DNA of 64,000 nucleotides, from assembly GCA_947624835.1 (NCBI GenBank), contig CANQLX010000002.1:427-64426 (forward strand), in the 5' to 3' direction. Shown here one piece after another: positions 58,445 to 64,000 of this stretch. Origin of the DNA: an uncultured Clostridia bacterium. Its GTDB lineage: Bacteria; Bacillota; Clostridia; Oscillospirales; Acutalibacteraceae. The position numbers and the translations under genes are program-made. Positions within the stretch are counted from its first letter, which is position 1; every line of letters starts with the position of its first letter. The notes beneath the pieces are model-generated. The model did no database searches. It was not told where the DNA came from and saw only the letters and a program-made list of their open reading frames with translations.

Positions 58445-58876
58445 AATAGTTTCTCCTTTTATTGTTACGTTTATTATTGAACAAGCGACAAATTTACCGT
58501 AAATAATTTGCGGTGCAGTATTAATATATTAATTAATTTCGCACCGCTTATTAAGTACAAAATCAATCCTAATATATAATACCTGCTAAATTTCCGGACA
58601 AATATGTCCTTTGCCGCCTGTGTTAATATTATTATCATATTTTGATTTAATATTACAAATTTCCTATGGTAAATAATACTATTGTACAAATATGTATCAA
58701 TATTTATGTTCGATGAAATTATAAAAATCAATGTTTTTATTTATAATACTGAAAAAACAGTATAAATTTTTTAAAAATTTAACGGAAATATACAAAAAGT
58801 CCCACAATAATTATTGACATTTTGGTAATTTAGTTGTTTAATTATATTAGGAGAAGTCAGAACGGAGGTGGAACTG

Positions 58877-60535
58877 ATGAAGGTTATAAATGGTACAGGT
58901 GTTTCAAACGGAATAGCAATAGGAAAGCTGCATTTTTATGAGGATACACTGGGAAATATTACAGAGTACAGAGTTGATGATATAAATGCTGAAATGCAGA
59001 GATATCACAAAAGTATGTTCACGGCAAGAGATTGTCTTGTAAGTCTGTATGAAAATGCCTGCCGGAAGGTTACGAGGGAGGAAGCGGTACTTTTTAAAAC
59101 CCACCTTCTGGTGCTTGAGGACTCCAAGCTTGTAAAGCGTGTTGAGGCTGAAATAAACAAGGGCAGAAACGCTGAAGCTGCTGTGTATGAGGCTTTTAAC
59201 AATCTTGCAAATGTTTTCAAAAAACTTGACGATGAATATTTTAGTGCACGGTATAATGATATCTTGGATGTGGCTCATATTCTTATAGGAATTTTACAGG
59301 AAAAGTATGGGTGCAAAATAGATATAGGTGAAGAGGGTCCTGTTATCATTGCCGCAAGGGATCTTTTTCCCAGTGATACGATTTCATTTGATAGGAATAA
59401 TCTCCTTGGATTTATAACCAACGAAAGCTCTTATAATTCACATACAGCAATTCTTGCAAGGACTATGGGGATACCCTCGGTTATAAGTATTGATGAACCG
59501 CTTGGGCAATATAACAATACAACTGCTGTTGTAGATGGGCAGTTGGGAAAAATTATAATCGAGCCTGATACAAATACTCTTGCATTATACAAAGCTAAAT
59601 TGGAACGCTACAAAAAACAGCAGCAAAGACTTAGAAATCAGATTGGACGTCCCTCACAGACAAAAAATAAGCAGAGTGTTCGTCTTTCAGCCGACATAAG
59701 CAGACTTGAGGATATACCAAAGGCAATACATAATGATGCTGACGGTATCGGTATTTTCAGGAGTGAGGCTCTTTTTACAAACAGAGGAAAGGCTCCTGAC
59801 GAGTCAGAGCAGATAGAAACCTATAAGACCCTTCTTAAGGCTTTCGGAGATAAGGGGGTCGTTATATGTACAGTAAACGGAAGTTCTGAAATGGGAATGG
59901 ATTACCTCGATATACCGCAGGAGAAAAATCCCGCTCTCGGGTTCAGTGGTATACGTATTTCTCTCGAAAATTCGGATTTTTTCCGTACCCAGCTGCGTGC
60001 ATTATACCGTGCCTCAATTTACGGAAAGCTTTCCGTTCTGCTGCCGATGGTAAGCAGTGTTGAGGAAATCGATTATGTTAAGAGGGAAATAAAAAAGATT
60101 AAAAATGAATTAAGACTTCAGGGAGAAGATTTCAGTAATGATATAAAGCTTGGACTTATGGTTGAAACTCCTGCGGCGGCTATCCTGTCCGACGAGTTAT
60201 CCAGTCAGGTTGATTTTGTCAATATTGGAACGGATAATCTTACACAGTATACTCTTGCCATGGACAAGGATAACAAAAAGCTTGTTGATTTTTACCGTCC
60301 GTATCATCCTGCTATAAAAAGGCTTATCAGGATAACAATAGACAATGCTCATAAAAACGGTAAGCCTGTTGCATTGAGTGGTCAATATGCGGCAGATACG
60401 GCAATAACCAAAGTATTACTTGCACTTAAGGCTGATGAATTGGTTGTGAAGCCGTCGGATATATTAAAGGTTAAGGCATCTGTGCGTGAAACTGATACGA
60501 GTGATCCGGAGAAAATATTGAAAAACAACTTTTGA
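58877..60535 (+). CDS. PTS Enzyme I (PtsI)-like PEP-utilising protein, divergent paralogue
   Basis: Collinear with Enzyme I over its full length. The phospho-His region NSHTAILAR and the VETPAA block are kept. The MCGE active-site block reads LSGQ and GTNDL reads GTDNL. Confidence 0.8.
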   Translation: MKVINGTGVSNGIAIGKLHFYEDTLGNITEYRVDDINAEMQRYHKSMFTARDCLVSLYENACRKVTREEAVLFKTHLLVLEDSKLVKRVEAEINKGRNAEAAVYEAFNNLANVFKKLDDEYFSARYNDILDVAHILIGILQEKYGCKIDIGEEGPVIIAARDLFPSDTISFDRNNLLGFITNESSYNSHTAILARTMGIPSVISIDEPLGQYNNTTAVVDGQLGKIIIEPDTNTLALYKAKLERYKKQQQRLRNQIGRPSQTKNKQSVRLSADISRLEDIPKAIHNDADGIGIFRSEALFTNRGKAPDESEQIETYKTLLKAFGDKGVVICTVNGSSEMGMDYLDIPQEKNPALGFSGIRISLENSDFFRTQLRALYRASIYGKLSVLLPMVSSVEEIDYVKREIKKIKNELRLQGEDFSNDIKLGLMVETPAAAILSDELSSQVDFVNIGTDNLTQYTLAMDKDNKKLVDFYRPYHPAIKRLIRITIDNAHKNGKPVALSGQYAADTAITKVLLALKADELVVKPSDILKVKASVRETDTSDPEKILKNNF

Positions 60536-60623
60536 CATATAACTGCTTCAAAGTGTGTGCTATTCTCATTTTGGCCTGATTGGGTATGAAGCCCCCGCAC
60601 CTGAGGCGGGGGTAAGTTTACGA

Positions 60624-61634
60624 TTATGATGACGTGATATTTAAAAGATGCGCTATTCCGGGAATGCTTTCACCCTGTTGGCTTGAGGTGGGTGACATAA
60701 GGGCCCCTGTGGCAATGAAGAGTATATTGTTAAGCTTTTTCTCGTCGAGCTGTTTTGCTATATATGAACAAAATACCGAACCGCAGCAGCCGCATCCCGA
60801 ACCGCCCCCGTGTACATCCTGACCGTTTCTGTCAAATATCAGCTTTCCACAGTCGTTATGGTTTTTTGAAATATCAATTCCCTCACGATTCAAAAGCTCA
60901 ATGAGCAGTTCGGAACCTATATATCCGAGGTCGCCTGTCAGAATAAGGTCATAGTCAGATGCCTTGGTATTTGTGTCTTTTAGATAATTCATTACGGTAT
61001 CGGCGGCGGCAGGTGCCATTGCCGCTCCCATGTTGTTTGCGTCCTTGATTTTATAATCAACTATTTTTCCGATAGTTACTGCCTTTACCGGTTTACCGTT
61101 CCCGCTGTCATCAATAATGGCAGCCCCTGCACCTGTCACTGTCCACTGTGCGGTGGGTGTACGCTGTCCTCCGTATTCGATTGGAAAGCGGAATTGCCGT
61201 TCGGCTGAACAGAAATGCGATGATGTGACAGCCATTACCCTGTCGCAGGCTCCACTGTCACATAAAAGTGAGGCAAGCATCATTGTTTGTGCCATTGTTG
61301 AACAAGCTCCGTATTGACCAATATACGGTATTCCCAAAGAACGCAGACCGAATACTGATGAAATGCACTGATTAAGCAGATCGCCTGCAAGAATTATATC
61401 AATATCGTTTGCACTCAGCTTCGCTTTATCGAGTGCAAGCTGTGCGGCATTTTTCTGAAGTTGGCTTTCTGCCTTTTCCCATGAGCTTTGACCTAACATA
61501 TCATCGGCATATGTTGTGTCGAAATATTCGCCGAGCGGTCCTTCGCTCTCCTTGTGTCCTGCAATTCCTGCTGAGCTGATTATACCTATTCCGTCTGAAA
61601 TTTTTACTGTTCTGTTACCTATTCTTTCCGACAT
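60624..61634 (-). CDS. spoVAD: Stage V sporulation protein AD
   Basis: 336 aa, thiolase-like. Long blocks match B. subtilis SpoVAD as remembered (AERQFRFP.EYGGQ, MAPAAADT, DYDLILTGDL, GGSGCGC, ATGALMSPT..QQGESIP). Confidence 0.9.
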   Translation of the reverse strand: MSERIGNRTVKISDGIGIISSAGIAGHKESEGPLGEYFDTTYADDMLGQSSWEKAESQLQKNAAQLALDKAKLSANDIDIILAGDLLNQCISSVFGLRSLGIPYIGQYGACSTMAQTMMLASLLCDSGACDRVMAVTSSHFCSAERQFRFPIEYGGQRTPTAQWTVTGAGAAIIDDSGNGKPVKAVTIGKIVDYKIKDANNMGAAMAPAAADTVMNYLKDTNTKASDYDLILTGDLGYIGSELLIELLNREGIDISKNHNDCGKLIFDRNGQDVHGGGSGCGCCGSVFCSYIAKQLDEKKLNNILFIATGALMSPTSSQQGESIPGIAHLLNITSS

Positions 61635-61873
61635 AACTTTACCTCCATAATTACTTCTGATTTATTATCTGCAATATTTTGGAGATAATACCTATGAATC
61701 AAAAATAAATAATTAAAACTTTTGAAAGCTGCAAATTAATCCTATAAATTATTTAGTCACTTAATTTTATGAATATTTTATATTGCAATTTATAAAATGA
61801 TAATATTAATCTTTTTTCACTTGACAAAAGAATATATATATAATATAATTGTTAAGGCTTGCGAATATAGTAT

Positions 61874-61946
61874 CGGGGTGTAGCCCAGTTGGTAGGGCGC
61901 CACATTTGGGATGTGGAAGCCGGGAGTTCGAGTCTCCCCACTCCGA
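61874..61946 (+). tRNA. tRNA-Pro (anticodon UGG), CCA not encoded
   Basis: Hand-folded cloverleaf: acceptor CGGGGTG/CACTCCG, D-stem GCCC/GGGC, anticodon stem CCACA/TGTGG with loop TTTGGGA (UGG, G37), T-arm GGGAG-TTCGAGT-CTCCC, discriminator A. Confidence 0.9.
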
Positions 61947-61970
61947 TGCGGCGTGTCGCCGCTCACGATT

Positions 61971-62004
61971 AGCACTTGAAAGTTTTTCAGGTGCTTTTAG
62001 TTTT
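61971..62004 (+). terminator. Rho-independent terminator after tRNA-Pro
   Basis: AGCACTTGAAA / TTTCAGGTGCT stem followed by TTTTAGTTTT. Confidence 0.7.
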
Positions 62005-62181
62005 ATATAGTCGATTACTCTACACCCTTTTATTTACATAATTATTGCGGCGTGACGGCGCCCCCTGTTATCAATTCGTAATTATTTTACATAGAGCAAT
62101 TAATACATAACCCGACCGTTAATTTACTTGATGAACAAGAAATGAGTTTGGCGGGGTGCCGTTGTTCGATTAGCACCTGAT

Positions 62182-62210
62182 AATTTTTCGGGTGCTTTTA
62201 ATTCATTTGA
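62182..62210 (+). repeat. Second, diverged copy of the CGATTAGCAC...GGTGCTTTTA terminator module
   Basis: AGCACCTGA / TCGGGTGCT stem followed by TTTTAATT, preceded by CGATT as in the first copy 211 nt upstream. No gene is evident in front of it. Confidence 0.5.
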
Positions 62211-62342
62211 CGGATTAACAATATTTTTTGCATAAGTGTATATCCAATATAGTCCCGAGTCCTCCTCAAAAGTGATATCTATTTTATGGACTTTTTGCTA
62301 TAATTGTTGTATTATATAGTTATATAAAAAACGAAAGGGGAA

Positions 62343-62777
62343 ATGCAGATGAATCTGTTTTACCTTCTTAAGCCAAAAACAACAGTGGCTTACCTTAATA
62401 AAACGGGAAGTATAAGACAGGGTCTTGAAAAAATGCGTGTACACGGCTATACAGCAATACCCGTAATAGACGATAACGGGGAATACATAGGTACAGTAAG
62501 CGAGGGAGATTTCCTCCGACATATCCTCGAACATGGAAACGAGGGACTTGATGCGATTAATAATTATAACATTATAGATATAGTAAATGAGGAAAGGAAC
62601 AGACCGGCAAAATCGACCGTTACAATGGACGAACTCCTCCTTATGGTTATGGATCAGAATTTCGTGCCCATAACAGATGACAGAAATGTGTTTATAGGTA
62701 TAGTGACAAGACGTGATGTTATAAAGTATTTCTACGATAAGGATAAAAGGGAGAATGAGTTGAATGATGAATCTTAA
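62343..62777 (+). CDS. CBS-domain pair protein
   Basis: 144 aa with two CBS motifs (GYTAIPVIDDNGEYIGTVSEGDFL and NFVPITDDRNVFIGIVTRRDV). Confidence 0.8.
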   Translation: MQMNLFYLLKPKTTVAYLNKTGSIRQGLEKMRVHGYTAIPVIDDNGEYIGTVSEGDFLRHILEHGNEGLDAINNYNIIDIVNEERNRPAKSTVTMDELLLMVMDQNFVPITDDRNVFIGIVTRRDVIKYFYDKDKRENELNDES

Positions 62778-63038
62778 AATCGACAAAACTAAACTCCCAC
62801 AGGTAATGGATATTTATGCTTAATCTCAGCGAGGCAGAAATGGATTGGATTATAGAATATCTTGAAATTAATACAGGATTAGATATTTCTGATTATATTT
62901 TCTGTCCAGATACGGTAGGTCTTGATGAAGATGCTTTCTTATAAAGAGATTGCAGATAAAATAATTGCTGACAAAAACAATAATCATGCAATTTTATTAT
63001 AGGGAATAAAAACAAACTAAAAGGGAAATATATACATT

Positions 63039-63809
63039 ATGAATTTGATTTTTGATACCCATTCGCACTATGACGACAAGGCATTTCACGATGACAGGGA
63101 TATACTCCTCCCACATATTTTTGAAAACGGAGTTTATGCCGTTGTAAATCAGGGAACGGATATTGCCTCCTCACGCTTTGGTATTGAGCTTGCGGAAAAA
63201 TATGAACGGGTTTTTGCGGCGGCAGGTCTGCACCCGGAATGTTTGAATGAGAAAAGTATAAATGATTTAGAGGAAATAAAAAGACTTGCCACACACCCGA
63301 AAGTCGTTGCAATCGGAGAAATAGGACTTGATTACTACTATGATGTACCCAGGGAACTGCAAAAGCAGATATTTACCGCTCAGCTTGATATGGCAAGGGA
63401 GCTTGATATGCCCGTAAATATACATGATAGAGAAGCACACGGTGATATGCTCCAAATCCTAAAAGAATACACTCCTAAAGGAATACTGCATTGTTTTTCG
63501 GGAAGTATTGAGATGGCAAGGGATATAGTCGGACTAGGAATGTATATAGGCATCGGCGGTGTTGTAACGTTCAAAAATGCCGTGAAAATAGTTGAGGTTG
63601 TACGAAATACCCCACTTGAAAGGATAGTGCTTGAAACCGATTGTCCGTATCTTGCACCCGTACCATTTAGAGGTAAGAGAAACAACTCCACCTATATTGA
63701 GTATACGGCTCAGCGTATAGCGGAGATAAAGGGTATAGCTGTCGAAAGAGTATTGGAAACGACAAAATATAATGCCGAATGTGTATATAATATAAATGTA
63801 AAGCAGTAA
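63039..63809 (+). CDS. TatD-family metal-dependent hydrolase (YabD-like)
   Basis: DTHSHYDD, GEIGLDYYY and ETDCPYLAP motifs. Confidence 0.9.
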   Translation: MNLIFDTHSHYDDKAFHDDRDILLPHIFENGVYAVVNQGTDIASSRFGIELAEKYERVFAAAGLHPECLNEKSINDLEEIKRLATHPKVVAIGEIGLDYYYDVPRELQKQIFTAQLDMARELDMPVNIHDREAHGDMLQILKEYTPKGILHCFSGSIEMARDIVGLGMYIGIGGVVTFKNAVKIVEVVRNTPLERIVLETDCPYLAPVPFRGKRNNSTYIEYTAQRIAEIKGIAVERVLETTKYNAECVYNINVKQ

Positions 63810-63871
63810 CCAATATACTATTTGTATTATAATAATTAAATATACAACGAGTGAAAGAAGAGGTGGAATTT

Positions 63872-64000
63872 ATGAAAGCACTTATAACAGGAGCAAGCTC
63901 CGGTATAGGCAGGGATATAGCCCGTGCACTTGTATGCAGGGGTTGGGAGGTAATACTCGTTGCCAGAAGGGCAGATAGGCTTATGGAGTTGAAAAAGGAG
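63872..64000 (+). CDS. SDR-family oxidoreductase (3' end outside the window)
   Basis: [17 protein letters not shown] Rossmann TGxxxGxG motif. The ORF runs off the window end. Confidence 0.75.
   Translation, partial: MKALITGASSGIGRDIARALVCRGWEVILVARRADRLMELKKE

Noticed and set aside
58445-58520. Sigma-G-type promoter for the SASP gene
   Set aside because: A CAATAATA element could approximate the sigma-G -10 (CATnnTA), but I could not identify a convincing -35 at the right spacing, so it is not reported as a feature.
62298-62786. 162-aa minus-strand ORF overlapping the CBS gene
   Set aside because: The plus-strand frame shows two clean CBS motifs and an AAGGGGAAATG RBS. The antisense frame is low-complexity and hydrophobic, with no family resemblance.
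1-64000. Scan for CRISPR arrays, IS elements or transposases, integrases, prophage genes, rRNA, and restriction-modification or classical defence genes
   Set aside because: No regularly spaced direct repeats were seen. No product resembles a DDE or serine/tyrosine recombinase, phage structural protein, nuclease/helicase defence protein or methyltransferase-endonuclease pair. The only RNA gene found is tRNA-Pro.

Overview
This is a 64-kb chromosomal segment from a low-GC, spore-forming, Clostridia-type Firmicute, possibly Ruminococcaceae-like; that taxon is my inference only. The marker genes behind this placement are an alpha/beta SASP, spoVAD, a CIRCE-controlled hrcA-grpE-dnaK-dnaJ operon and a T-box leader. 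I found no rRNA, CRISPR array, transposase, integrase or phage gene. Housekeeping content: leuCD, a T-box-regulated leuA, murE-murF, the heat-shock operon, queH, tRNA-Pro(UGG), tatD, and a maltodextrin/starch locus (binding protein, MalF/G-like permeases, lipoprotein GH13 amylase, LacI repressor). Most worth a second look are three envelope-associated modules of unknown function; none has a pspA gene nearby. (1) A PadR / DUF1700 / DUF4097 triad (8.3-10.1 kb). (2) Directly downstream, a tightly coupled operon (10.2-14.3 kb) encoding a DUF4178-TM-DUF4247 fusion, DUF350, a polytopic spermidine-synthase-like enzyme and a SAM methyltransferase. (3) A cluster (38.4-42.4 kb) of a Tim44-like zinc-ribbon protein, a COG4260/YdjI-like SPFH protein with a Q-rich linker and three zinc ribbons, a YdjG-like double zinc-ribbon membrane protein, and a repeat protein. 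A low-GC islet between two MATE genes (54.2-56.7 kb) holds an orphan Imm1-type immunity gene, gene debris, a catalytically degenerate ABC-ATPase-like protein and a truncated PBP5-like fragment fused to a Ser/Glu repeat and a sortase-like signal. There is also an Enzyme-I (PtsI) paralogue that keeps the phospho-histidine but appears to have lost PEP-site residues, including the catalytic Cys. All family assignments come from by-eye motif recognition, not from searches.
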